Below, one piece after another: positions 28,953 to 45,991 of a stretch of 64,000 nucleotides of DNA. How positions within the stretch are numbered: the first letter of the stretch is position 1; every line of letters starts with the position of its first letter. Under the pieces are notes generated by a model that was not told the DNA's origin, did not search any database, and saw only the letters and a program-made list of their open reading frames with translations. Source of the DNA: Eledone cirrhosa (taxonomy: Eukaryota). Both the position numbers and the translations under genes were made by a program. The DNA lies in assembly GCA_964016885.1 (NCBI GenBank), contig OZ024741.1, positions 266,972,001-267,036,000 of the forward strand, given 5' to 3'.

Positions 28953-30910
28953 TACATCTTTAACTTAATTGTTTAAGCGTCAGTCATACAAAAGTGAGTT
29001 ACAAACGAAACAAAATTTAATTTCGTTTCGTTATTTGTTTTTATCGTCTCCGTTGAACCGGTACTTACTCACACTCTATGCAAATTAGTCTGCCCACTAC
29101 TAATTTTCATAGAAAAAGCATATAACGCTATGTGCTTTTACGATTCTCTAGAGAGGCCGGAAGATAGGTAAATGTTGCTGATGAGTTGTAACAACAACGA
29201 AACTAGTTCAATATTCCTTGTCTGGCTTTCTGGAGAATAGAGGAAAGGTGTTTCCTCAAAAACCAGTATGACTCTAAAAACCGGTTTGTCTGTGTGTTTA
29301 CATACAGAATAGCTGGCCACTCACAGTAAAGTGACCAGTGAAAAAACTTGGTACATCTACATATGTATACGTGTGTGTATTCATATACATACTAGTATTT
29401 CAGTATACATATATGGATGTACATCTTTAACTTAATTGTTTAAGCGTCAGTCATACAAAAGTGAGTTACAAACGAAACAAAATTTAATTTCGTTTCGTTA
29501 TTTGTTTTTATCGTCTCCGTTGAACCGGTACTTACTCACACTCTATGCAAATTAGTCTGCCCACTACTAATTTTCATAGAAAAAGCATATAACGCTATGT
29601 GCTTTTACGATTCTCTAGAGAGGCCGGAAGATAGGTAAATGTTGCTGATGAGTTGTAACAACAACGAAACTAGTTCAATATTCCTTGTCTGGCTTTCTGG
29701 AGAATAGAGGAAAGGTGTTTCCTCAAAAACCAGTATGACTCTAAAAACCGGTTTGTCTGTGTGTTTACATACAGAATAGCTGGCCACTCACAGTAAAGTG
29801 ACCAGTGAAAAAACTTGGTACATCTACATATGTATACGTGTGTGTATTCATATACATACTAGTATTTCAGTATACATATATGGATGTACATCTTTAACTT
29901 AATTGTTTAAGCGTCAGTCATACAAAAGTGAGTTACAAACGAAACAAAATTTAATTTCGTTTCGTTATTTGTTTTTATCGTCTCCGTTGAACCGGTACTT
30001 ACTCACACTCTATGCAAATTAGTCTGCCCACTACTAATTTTCATAGAAAAAGCATATAACGCTATGTGCTTTTACGATTCTCTAGAGAGGCCGGAAGATA
30101 GGTAAATGTTGCTGATGAGTTGTAACAACAACGAAACTAGTTCAATATTCCTTGTCTGGCTTTCTGGAGAATAGAGGAAAGGTGTTTCCTCAAAAACCAG
30201 TATGACTCTAAAAACCGGTTTGTCTGTGTGTTTACATACAGAATAGCTGGCCACTCACAGTAAAGTGACCAGTGAAAAAACTTGGTACATCTACATATGT
30301 ATACGTGTGTGTATTCATATACATACTAGTATTTCAGTATACATATATGGATGTACATCTTTAACTTAATTGTTTAAGCGTCAGTCATACAAAAGTGAGT
30401 TACAAACGAAACAAAATTTAATTTCGTTTCGTTATTTGTTTTTATCGTCTCCGTTGAACCGGTACTTACTCACACTCTATGCAAATTAGTCTGCCCACTA
30501 CTAATTTTCATAGAAAAAGCATATAACGCTATGTGCTTTTACGATTCTCTAGAGAGGCCGGAAGATAGGTAAATGTTGCTGATGAGTTGTAACAACAACG
30601 AAACTAGTTCAATATTCCTTGTCTGGCTTTCTGGAGAATAGAGGAAAGGTGTTTTCTCAAAAACCAGTATGACTCTAAAAACCGGTTTGTCTGTGTGTTT
30701 ACATACAGAATAGCTGGCCACTCACAGTAAAGTGACCAGTGAAAAAACTTGGTACATCTACATATGTATACGTGTGTGTATTCATATACATACTAGTATT
30801 TCAGTATACATATATGGATGTACATCTTTAACTTAATTGTTTAAGCGTCAGTCATACAAAAGTGAGTTACAAACGAAACAAAATTTAATTTCGTTTCGTT
30901 ATTTGTTTTT
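28953..30910 (+). repeat. 467-bp tandem array, right arm (about 4.2 units); HHRs at 29171-29215, 29638-29682, 30105-30149 and 30572-30616
   Basis: Reverse complement of the left arm. HHR reads aatgttg-CTGATGA-gttg taacaa caac-GAAA-ctag-TT-caatatt. Confidence 0.95.
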
Positions 30911-30921
30911 ATATATATATG

Positions 30922-30972
<51 letters not shown>

Positions 30973-30995
30973 GTATATATATGTATATATATATG

Positions 30996-31042
<47 letters not shown>

Positions 31043-31071
31043 GTATATATATATATGTATATATATATATG

Positions 31072-31136
<65 letters not shown>

Positions 31137-31137
31137 G

Positions 31138-31202
<65 letters not shown>

Positions 31203-31210
31203 GTATATAT

Positions 31211-32770
31211 GTAAAGTTATATTTAAAATTGTTGGGTTACAACTAGTAAATATTTATAACTGATATAAAAGCACTCGACAAATATTTGGAGTATATTTAC
31301 AATATTAAATAAATGGAAAACTATATTTATAAAACCATATTTATTTCATTATATATATTTCGGGGATATCATATTAACAATATGCTATGCCTTCATCAGA
31401 CAAAATACAATATAAACAGTTTTATAGATAAATATATTCGACATACCGTAATAAACATCAACTTCATTTGAAGAGGTTTACTCTAGCAGTGAAAATACAG
31501 AGAGAAAGAAAGAGAGAAAGAAAAGAGGGAAAAACGAAAGAAAGAAAGACAAAACGAAGAGAAGGAAGAAAAAGAAGAAAAAGAAAAAGAAGAAATGCAT
31601 GGAACAAAATAGAGAGATGGAAAAATAGATAAAGTGAAGAGCTTCATGTAAAGAGACAGAAAGATATATATATATAGAGAGAGAGGAAATAGAGATAGAT
31701 ACATATATATATATAGAAAATTAGGTAGTGGGAGGTCATTTTGAGTAAGTGTATCAATGATACATTTATTTATTTATTTATTTATTTAGCTCAAGTATTA
31801 ATGTAAGGGAGATATATAGAGAGATATAGAGAGATATAGAGAGAGAAAAAAATTTTAAAATATCCAGACATATTCGAGGCGTAGAAAACCCTATGTTTTA
31901 ATGTATTAGTATTTATATATTTATAAAACTTACACTACACTGTAAATATCAGTATTCCTGAATGAAACAAGTATTCACAATGTGTGAAAATTCATTATCT
32001 TATGTTTAGTTTTAAAAATTCATATGTCTATGTGACAGCTACAAATCTCAATTTGAATCCAACTGATTCACTCCGCAAACTCTAAGTTATCGGAAAACAT
32101 TCTCAACGTGGTATAAAAATTTGAGCGTATTATTATTCTTGCGATTACTCTACAAGATTATCTATCAAGCAGAAATAGAGAGCAGATTTCAATATACTAA
32201 TCGAAAATATATATTATTAAACATAATAATAAGTAAAAATATAGAATAGAAAACTAAAAAAATATTACGAAAGAATATTACATAATAAAAATATTGCATA
32301 TTAAAAATACTACGTATTAAAAAATATTACGTATTAAAGATTTACATATAAAAATTTACATATAAAAATATACATATAAAAATTTACATATAAAAATTTA
32401 CATATAAAAATATATAAAAATATTAAAAAAATAAATAAAATAAAAATAAAAATATTATAGAATACTACAATACTAAAAGAATAAAAGTAAAAATAAAAAT
32501 AAAAATAAAAATAAAAATGAAAATAAAAATAAACCACAAAAAAACAACCCTTCAAAGTTAATTGACAATATATTGCCACGTTCACTACAAGACAAAGCCA
32601 AAAATTATCTATCAAATCACATCTAGCAAAGAATATCGTAAAAAAGATTATGATGTCCAATTATGTCTACATATGTTCCTATGTTTAATATAGAAGTTTA
32701 TCTAGTGTAAGGTTAATTCAAAAAATTTGGAGCATCGGCTTTTAGGGTAGCTTAATTTTTCATGAGGAAT
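31211..32770 (-). mobile_element. PLE family C/G-related 3' UTR fragment with HHR at 31342-31407
   Basis: The terminal block matches 10461-10903 and 60700-60900. About 32670-32760 (minus strand) resembles the 3' UTR at 7360-7440. Confidence 0.78.
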
Positions 32771-32824
32771 GTTTAGATAAAAATAAAAATAAATAAAATA
32801 AAATAAACAATAAAAAGAATAAAA

Positions 32825-38164
<5,340 letters not shown>

Positions 38165-41005
38165 ATCATCATCATCATCATCATCATTTTACGTCCGCTT
38201 TTCCCTGCTTGCAAGGGTGGGACGGGTCTTATTCAGCACAGCATCTCTCCACTCGTCACGGTCCCTCGTCATCTCCACCGTGAGCTTCAATGATCTGAGG
38301 TCTGTTCTCACCACCTCCGCCCATGTTTTTCGTGGTCTACCTCTACCACGTCTTCCTTCAACTGGCATTTCCTGGCACTTCTTCACCCATCGGTCATCCT
38401 CCATGCGCATCACATGTCCATACCACCTCAGTCTCCTCTCCCGTACACTACATTCTATCCCTCTCAGACACAGTTTCTCTCTCAACACATTTATGCTGGG
38501 TCGTTCACGCACATTTACACTGCACATCCAACGGAGCATGCTTGCCTCATTTCTCTCCAGCCGTCGCATATCTTCTGCGGTAGCTGCCCATGTCTCACTA
38601 CCATGCAGCATCGCGCTCCTCACACAGGCATCATACAACCGGCCTTTCGTACGCAGGGAGAAACCCTTCTTCGTCAACAGAGGAAGCAGCTCCCTAAACT
38701 TCTTCCAACCCGTCCTTATTCTAGATACTATGGCCTCGGAACACCCTCCTCCCATGCTAATCTGATCTCCTAGGTACCGGAAGCTATCCACCACTTCTAT
38801 AGCGCCCTCTCGCATTTGAAAAATGTGTCTATCAGTGCGACTTCTACTGTCTAATTTCCCTGTACATCTACTGCATACATATTTCTCCCTACCTGTTAGT
38901 TTGCCTGCTATCCCGCTACATCTCTTGTGTACCCAGGACCTACATTGTGTGCATTTTATAGAATTTATGCCAGTTCCTTTTCTGCATATCGAACATGGCC
39001 ATTTCCCTGACGGAATCAGGGTTTTGTCCTCTTTTCTACTCATCAACACTTTTGTCTTAGCTAGATTTACTCTCCGTCCTCTTGCTTCCAACTGCTGTTT
39101 CCATACCCAGAATTTATTCTCTAGCTCCTCTACTGATTCTGCCATAAGAGCCAGATCGTCAGCATAGAGAAGTTCCCATGGACAGCCAGTCTTAAACTCC
39201 TCTGTTATGGCTTGGAGGACTATAATGAACAAGAGCGGGCTGAGGACCGAACCCTGATGTACTCCTACTTGTATCTGGAATTCCTCACTAAACTCCATTC
39301 CTACCCTGACTTTACTGAGAGTACCTCTGTACAAAGTTTGCACTGTCCTTACAAGCCATTCCTCAACACCCAGCTTCCTTAGGGACCACCAGATGACAGA
39401 TCGGGGTACCCTATCAAAGGCCTTCTCTAGGTCAACAAAGGCTAAGTATAGTGGCTTATTCTTCTCTAAGAACCTCTCTTGCATTTGTCTCACCAAGAAG
39501 AGGGCATCTGTTGTACTCTTCCCAGGCACAAAACCAAACTGCATCTCATCTAGTTTGACCCTTTCTCTAATTAGTTGTGCTAAAATCCTTTCTGCCACTT
39601 TCATAACCTGATCTATCAGTTTTATACCCCTATAATTGCTCCTCTCCAAAGCATCCCCTTTACCTTTGTAGCAATTTATGAGAATACTGCTGCACCAGTC
39701 TTTGGGTATGACACCACCATATATAGCCTGATTGATTATGCGTGCAACCAGTTTAGTGCCTACGTCCCCTGATGCCTTCAGCATCTCAGCAACTATTCCC
39801 GATGGTCCGGCCGCCTTACCATTTTTCATTTCCCTAATCGCCTCTTGGACCCTATATTCGTCAATCTCAATAGCTGGTCCCTCTGTCGGATCTACCAATG
39901 GTAATTTCTCTCTCTCCCATTCGTTCTCCACATTCATCAGTCTCTCATAATGACATTTCCAGGCCTCCTTTTTCTGGTCATTCGTGACACTAAGTACACC
40001 GGCATCATCCCGGACACATTTATCACCAACAACATCCTGATTTGCATTGACACACTGCCTTGCAATGTGGAACGCCGCACGCCTCTGATCTTCCCGTCGC
40101 AGAACATTGGCAAACCTCCTACTCTCTGCCTCCCTGCGTGCTAAGTACACCTGACGTCTAGCTTCTCTCTTAGTGGCTGTATATTCTTCCCTACTCCCAC
40201 CCTTATTCCAAGCCTTCCATGCTAGTCTTTTGTCTCTAATAGCCTTATCTACACTGCTGTTCCACCACCAGGTCACTCTCTGTCTGGTTGGAGCTCTGCT
40301 CCAGCCACAGGTTTCATCAGTAGCCTTCAGCAAGTTGTCACGTAAGAACTTCCAGTTATTATCTATGTCATACGTCACTAAATCGTCTTCTTTTTCGTCA
40401 TATAGATCTTGAAGGGCTTTCCTAAATTTGAATTTTAGTGAAAGGTCTTTTAGCTTCCAGACCTTTCTTCTCCACACCTTCCTATATGTCTCATTCCATC
40501 TCTTGCTTACTGAGATATCACTAACAACTAACCTATGCTGTGGGGTACATTCTTCCCCAGGGTATGCCTTGGTATTAGACACTATCTGCCTGTCCCGCTG
40601 CCTAACTAGCAGGAAGTCAATCTGGCTTATGTGCTCACCAGATTTGTAGGTTATTAGGTGATTGGCAGGTTTCTGGAAATTTGTGTTGCAAATAGTCAAT
40701 GTACTTGCATCACAAAATTCAAGAAGTCTCACTCCTTCTTCATTTCTTGAACCGTACCCGTGCCCACCATGTACCCCAGTGTAACCATCCTGGAGCTGTC
40801 CAACATGACCATTGAAGTCTCCTGCTAGCATAACGATGTCTCCGTCCTCTGTCATTGTGGTTGTTTGCAAAAGTTGCTCATAAAAGCAGTCTTTCTCATC
40901 TTTGCCTAGGCCTGCTTGGGGAGCATAGACCGAGATGATTGTCAGTAGTCTCCTACCTACAACTAATCTAAGCTTAATTATTCGATTACTAACTCGAACA
41001 ACCTC
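38165..41005 (-). mobile_element. RTE-clade non-LTR retrotransposon, 5'-truncated, with (ATG)n tail
   Basis: Single APE-RT ORF. The (atg)n tail at 38165-38187 follows the stop almost directly. Inserted in (TA)n. Confidence 0.93.
38189..41005 (-). CDS. RTE ORF (partial): AP endonuclease, reverse transcriptase and PHD-like finger
   Basis: The frame is open upstream of the listed TTG ([14 protein letters not shown]...ISVYAPQAG). Motifs: [76 protein letters not shown]. Confidence 0.93.
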   Translation of the reverse strand, partial: EVVRVSNRIIKLRLVVGRRLLTIISVYAPQAGLGKDEKDCFYEQLLQTTTMTEDGDIVMLAGDFNGHVGQLQDGYTGVHGGHGYGSRNEEGVRLLEFCDASTLTICNTNFQKPANHLITYKSGEHISQIDFLLVRQRDRQIVSNTKAYPGEECTPQHRLVVSDISVSKRWNETYRKVWRRKVWKLKDLSLKFKFRKALQDLYDEKEDDLVTYDIDNNWKFLRDNLLKATDETCGWSRAPTRQRVTWWWNSSVDKAIRDKRLAWKAWNKGGSREEYTATKREARRQVYLARREAESRRFANVLRREDQRRAAFHIARQCVNANQDVVGDKCVRDDAGVLSVTNDQKKEAWKCHYERLMNVENEWEREKLPLVDPTEGPAIEIDEYRVQEAIREMKNGKAAGPSGIVAEMLKASGDVGTKLVARIINQAIYGGVIPKDWCSSILINCYKGKGDALERSNYRGIKLIDQVMKVAERILAQLIRERVKLDEMQFGFVPGKSTTDALFLVRQMQERFLEKNKPLYLAFVDLEKAFDRVPRSVIWWSLRKLGVEEWLVRTVQTLYRGTLSKVRVGMEFSEEFQIQVGVHQGSVLSPLLFIIVLQAITEEFKTGCPWELLYADDLALMAESVEELENKFWVWKQQLEARGRRVNLAKTKVLMSRKEDKTLIPSGKWPCSICRKGTGINSIKCTQCRSWVHKRCSGIAGKLTGREKYVCSRCTGKLDSRSRTDRHIFQMREGAIEVVDSFRYLGDQISMGGGCSEAIVSRIRTGWKKFRELLPLLTKKGFSLRTKGRLYDACVRSAMLHGSETWAATAEDMRRLERNEASMLRWMCSVNVRERPSINVLREKLCLRGIECSVRERRLRWYGHVMRMEDDRWVKKCQEMPVEGRRGRGRPRKTWAEVVRTDLRSLKLTVEMTRDRDEWRDAVLNKTRPTLASREKRT

Positions 41006-41049
41006 TATATATATATATACATATATATATGTATATATATATATATGTA

Positions 41050-41132
<83 letters not shown>

Positions 41133-41201
41133 GTATATATGTATATATATATGTATATATATATATATGTATATATGTATATATATATATATGTATATAT
41201 G

Positions 41202-41232
<31 letters not shown>

Positions 41233-41269
41233 GTATATATGTATATATATATATATGTATATATATATG

Positions 41270-41370
<101 letters not shown>

Positions 41371-41393
41371 GTATATGTATATATATGTATATG

Positions 41394-41426
<33 letters not shown>

Positions 41427-41487
41427 GTATATATGTATATATATATATGTATATATATATATATGTATATGTATATATATGTATATG

Positions 41488-41520
<33 letters not shown>

Positions 41521-41543
41521 GTATATATGTATATATATATATG

Positions 41544-41606
<63 letters not shown>

Positions 41607-41651
41607 GTATATATATATGTATATATATATATATGTACATATATATATATG

Positions 41652-41714
<63 letters not shown>

Positions 41715-41822
41715 GTATATATATGTATATATATATAACTTTCAATAACTTTGAATAACTTTGAAATGTTTTGGCCCAGGCCATGTCTAACTTAATAGCA
41801 CCACCTGGCGAAGTCTTTCAAT

Positions 41823-44800
41823 TCAGGATTTGGGCACCATGGCCCATTCGAGAAGAGAATTACTGTTTGCGGAGACATATCCGGGTGTGGGTGGTTTGTC
41901 CGGGATTACTTGGAGGAATTTGTCCAAAGACTTCTTGAATTTTGTGTGGTCAGTTTCTGTTTTGACGTGACCTGGTGTGATGTTGAAGAGAGCAGGGCCG
42001 ATTGAGGTGAAATAATTGTGCCGTATTGTTGTTATGAGTTGCGATTTAGATTTTTGAATGGGACGGATAGCACGGGGCCCAAGCCTTGGGTGTATCTTGA
42101 AGGCGATGCCAACATCATTTGGGCAGTGATGATGGAACATTTTCCACATCATGCAGATAATATAACGCTCACGGCGACGTTGGAGTGAGTAAAGTTTCAG
42201 GTTTTCTAATCGACCCCAGTAGTCAAGGTCTGACATGCATTCTATCTTTTTCGTGATTGCCCTTTGAGGAGCTTCAAGTTTCATGATACTTTGTTTCGTG
42301 TGGGGAGACCACAGTGGACAACAGTATTCAAGGTGTGGTCGGGCAAAAGTAGAGAAGAGAAGGATAATGGTGCGGGAATCTCTCGACTGGAAGGTTCTGA
42401 GGATCCAGGAACACATTCTGCGGGCCATGTCAACTTTGCTGCTTATATGCGTGGTCCAGCTTATGTTGCTGTCCACGGTTACTCCCAAGTCTCTGATGTT
42501 GTTAGATGCCACGAGAGTTTCCCCGGAGGGAAGGGAGTACGGGAGTTTCAGAGCATCCTCTTTTCCAAAGTGGATCAGTTCGAATTTGTCTTCGTTCAGT
42601 AACATGTTGTTCTTTTCCGCCCATTGGGTAACAGCCAGTAGGTCTGACTGAAGGCTTATCCGGTCATCCACGCCATTGATGACCTTTTGGAGCTTGGAAT
42701 CATCAGCGAAAATTTTAATGTTGCTGTGTTTGATGATGTCAGTGATGTCATTAATATAGATGATGAAGAGAAGTGGGCCCAACACAGTGCCTTGTGGGAC
42801 CCCACTACTGACTTTGGCTGGGCTTGATTTGACTCCCTCAACTACAACATTTTGGGTTCTGTTTGACAGGAAGCTCTTGATCCACTGCAGCAGCTTTCCA
42901 GTGACACCAATATTGGACAGCTTTCTCAGTAGAATGTTATGATCAACCCTGTCAAAGGCCTTGCTGAAATCAAGGTAGATAACATCAGTGTTGGAACCCT
43001 CTCCCAAGGCTCTCAAAATGTCATCAAAGTGATGCAGTAGCTGCGTCAGGCAATCCCTTCCATTACGGAATCCATGCTGGTTGGAGTTCAGCATATTGTT
43101 ACTCTCAAGGAAGTGGGTCATTCGCGATCTCACCACTCGCTCAAATACCTTAATGATATGAGAGGTGAGTGAGATTGGACGGTAATTCACGGCAAGGGAT
43201 TTGTTTCCCTTTTTGAAAACTGGGACAACAGACTGGGATAGAAGGTTTTCTGGCACATATCCAGCATCCAGTGAGTTCCGCCACAGATTGGCAAGAGGAG
43301 ATGCAAGTTGGTGTTGACACGCCTTCAAGACACAAGCAGGGAACCTATCGGGACCTACTGCTGAATTATGCTTGATTTCCTTTATTGCCGCCAAGACATC
43401 AGGGGCGCCAAACGTTATGTCCGATAAGGTGTAATGGGGAGTAACATCGCCGATACAGCCCAGATCGGCCATATCAGGATTGCTGAAAACAGAGCAGTAT
43501 TGTTTCTGCAGTATCTCACCCATGGTTTTAGCATTGTCTTGAAGAGTGCCATTTTCATCAATTAGAGGGCCAACAGTAGAGCCAGTGATTTTGTGTTTTT
43601 TTGCAAATGAAAAGAACACTTTGGGATTGAGTTTGATCTTCTCAATGGCCCAGGCCTCTTCAGCTCTTCTCTGATTGTTGATGAGGGACATTATGTTGTT
43701 TTGGAGGTTATGTTTTTTAATCTCTAGTGATGAAATGGCAGTCAAGTTGATGTGTTGCTGCTGACAGTATTTCAGCTTGTTGATTTTTTTGTTCGTTCTC
43801 TTAATTTTTCTGATGAGCGTTTTTCTATTTCTAGGGATTCTGCTCTTAGATTTGTTTATAGTTCTTAATGGGGTGTGTTTAGCACATATGTTTGTAACAG
43901 TGTCCACAAATGTCTGCCAGGACTTTTTGATGTTAGTGGGTGTATGAGTGTGCGTGAAGGACCAGTCGACATGTGCAAGATCATGACTGATCGCTTCCCA
44001 GTTTGCATTGTGGAAATCCATAGCGTCAAACGGATGGACAGGAGAGATGACATTGGGTTTGTATATTGGACGGTGGAATCTCAGATCACAGAGAACCATG
44101 TCATGATCAGAGAGTAGAGTTTTCTCCACTGCAATATTGTGGATATTGTCAGTGTGATTGCTGAAAATTAAGTCTAGGACGTTTTTGTGGCACCTCGTTG
44201 GTTCGAGCACCAGTTGGGATAGGAAGAAATCATCCATGAAGTCAAGAAGCGATTCCACAGCTTCCCTGTCAGAGGTTGAGGCAGAAGAACCTGGTGGCAG
44301 GCTGTTTGTGGACCAGTCAACTCCGGGGAGGTTGAAGTGCCCCATCATTAAGATGTTGTCAGGGTGACACTCTTGGATGAAACACTTTATGCTGTTGAGG
44401 CATTCCTTGAAGCATGGTACAGGCGTTTGGGGTGGCCTATAGAGCCCAACTACTAATAGGTTGTTGGTTTGACTGAATACAGTGACTGCTTCACAATATC
44501 CATTAGTGAATATGTTCATAGCCTCTGTTGAGAAAGAATTATGGACATAAATGGCAGTTCCGCCCTTTCTTCTGCCAGCGCGATCAGCACGGATGGCTTT
44601 GAAATTTTTCACTTTCACCTCGGCTTCCAAGTGGAGGTTACTGAGATGGGTTTCAGTGAGGACGAAGAAAGGGATGTGGTTTGGATGGACATCAATCCAG
44701 TCCTCCAGGAATTTGATCTTCCATTTTTGAGTATTGGTGGAAGGGCTGATGCCTTGGGCGTTAAGCAAAAATGTAGAGGCGAGAGTGGATGGTTTTAATT

Positions 44801-44843
44801 GTTTTGGTGTGTCGTTAATTTGTTTGTTTGTTAATGGCAGCAA
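41823..44843 (-). CDS. LINE ORF2: AP endonuclease and reverse transcriptase (start codon uncertain)
   Basis: LNAQG, LTETH, YRPP, GHFN (usually GDFN), LDL, SDH, NYRPISLT, QHGF, YLDFSKAFD, SGVPQGTVLGPLLF, FADD, DLGV, RPHLEYC..WSP, LYSLQRRRER. Confidence 0.95.
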   Translation of the reverse strand: MLPLTNKQINDTPKQLKPSTLASTFLLNAQGISPSTNTQKWKIKFLEDWIDVHPNHIPFFVLTETHLSNLHLEAEVKVKNFKAIRADRAGRRKGGTAIYVHNSFSTEAMNIFTNGYCEAVTVFSQTNNLLVVGLYRPPQTPVPCFKECLNSIKCFIQECHPDNILMMGHFNLPGVDWSTNSLPPGSSASTSDREAVESLLDFMDDFFLSQLVLEPTRCHKNVLDLIFSNHTDNIHNIAVEKTLLSDHDMVLCDLRFHRPIYKPNVISPVHPFDAMDFHNANWEAISHDLAHVDWSFTHTHTPTNIKKSWQTFVDTVTNICAKHTPLRTINKSKSRIPRNRKTLIRKIKRTNKKINKLKYCQQQHINLTAISSLEIKKHNLQNNIMSLINNQRRAEEAWAIEKIKLNPKVFFSFAKKHKITGSTVGPLIDENGTLQDNAKTMGEILQKQYCSVFSNPDMADLGCIGDVTPHYTLSDITFGAPDVLAAIKEIKHNSAVGPDRFPACVLKACQHQLASPLANLWRNSLDAGYVPENLLSQSVVPVFKKGNKSLAVNYRPISLTSHIIKVFERVVRSRMTHFLESNNMLNSNQHGFRNGRDCLTQLLHHFDDILRALGEGSNTDVIYLDFSKAFDRVDHNILLRKLSNIGVTGKLLQWIKSFLSNRTQNVVVEGVKSSPAKVSSGVPQGTVLGPLLFIIYINDITDIIKHSNIKIFADDSKLQKVINGVDDRISLQSDLLAVTQWAEKNNMLLNEDKFELIHFGKEDALKLPYSLPSGETLVASNNIRDLGVTVDSNISWTTHISSKVDMARRMCSWILRTFQSRDSRTIILLFSTFARPHLEYCCPLWSPHTKQSIMKLEAPQRAITKKIECMSDLDYWGRLENLKLYSLQRRRERYIICMMWKMFHHHCPNDVGIAFKIHPRLGPRAIRPIQKSKSQLITTIRHNYFTSIGPALFNITPGHVKTETDHTKFKKSLDKFLQVIPDKPPTPGYVSANSNSLLEWAMVPKS

Positions 44844-45455
44844 TGGGAGTTTGTGCAGTGGGGTGATAGTGGAGGGTGGTGCTGGGTGATAGCTCGAATG
44901 TTTTTTTCCAGTTCTTTTGCCAGATTCATTATGGCTAAAAAAGAGGAAGAAGTTTCCTGTTTAGAAGACTGTTGGTGACTGTGGTAGTGGTTATTTTTAT
45001 GTAGGTTATGGTTTTTGTTTTTGCTTTTATTTTTAATTTTATTTTCATTTGTCCGACGGGTCTCCGGGAGATGGGTAAAGGGACAATCCCGGTCTAAACA
45101 CAATCTGTCTCGCAGGGAAAAGCGGCAGATTTGTGGATTCCTTGTTTGAGTTATTGGTGGTTGTGTTGGTGTTAAATTAGAGTATGTATTATGGTGGTGG
45201 CTGTTTGTGGGGATAGATCGTTTTGTCCTACGTAAATGGGTGAATTTGCAGCCACTATCCGTACATATTCTATAGCGTAGAGAGTAGCGGCAAATGATGG
45301 GGTTTCGAGTGGGTGGGTATGTGGGTGTGTGTGTTGTGAGAGGTGTAGATGATGGTTTGGGTAGGATTTGACGACCTTTGTGGACTGTGGGAGGGAGAGT
45401 TCTTGTTCTGGTATTAGAAGGTAAATTCCTTGACATAGCAGTAGACAAAAATGTT

Positions 45456-45486
<31 letters not shown>

Positions 45487-45991
45487 GCAGAGATGTTGGC
45501 AGTGGTGATGATTGGACTGCTGGGCCAGAGAAAGGATGTGGCGTTTCATGCTGTGAGACAGAGGCTACTGGGGGGTCAATAGTTTCATTTAGTAGATCGG
45601 CCATTGTTGATGAATCAAGGAGTGGTTCACACTGTTGTTGTCGTTGTTGTTGTTGTTGCTGTTGTTGATGTTGTTGTTGTAGCTGTTGTTGTTGTTGCCG
45701 TTGTAGCTGCTGTTGTTGTTGTTGCTGCTGCTGGACAGCATTCGAAGAAAAAACACACCGTAGTTTATCCAAATGTTTATTGATTAATTTAAAAGCAATT
45801 TCGATTTGCTTTAATTTATTTTGAATCTGTTGTTCAGATCGAGTTTTCAAAAATTGAACTGTACGTTTAGCAATGTCGTTCAGAGATGAAGCATCTATGT
45901 CTTCTGTTTGGGAAAGGCAATGCCATGTGTTTATTAGAATGTCGATTTCATTATCAGACCAGTTCTGTTTGGATTTTTGCTGGTTAGCCAT
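44831..45991 (-). CDS. LINE ORF1: Myb/SANT-like N-terminus, polyQ/polyT, two CCCH fingers
   Basis: ATG-initiated, 386 aa. WSDNEIDILINTW...RSEQQIQNKLKQI, then CRYSLRYRICTDSGCKFTH and CRFSLRDRLCLDRDCPFTH (Cx8Cx4Cx3H). The N-terminus is conserved in the second copy at 63834. Confidence 0.82.

Noticed and set aside
25775-30721. Repeated 60-aa ORF (MASYSVCKH...) in each 467-bp unit
   Set aside because: It has a GTG start, lies antisense to the ribozyme strand and has no recognisable motif. It repeats only because the unit repeats.
25733-30910. CRISPR array or rDNA/snRNA tandem gene cluster
   Set aside because: Units are fully identical with no variable spacers, there are no cas genes, and I see no similarity to 5S, U snRNA or tRNA.
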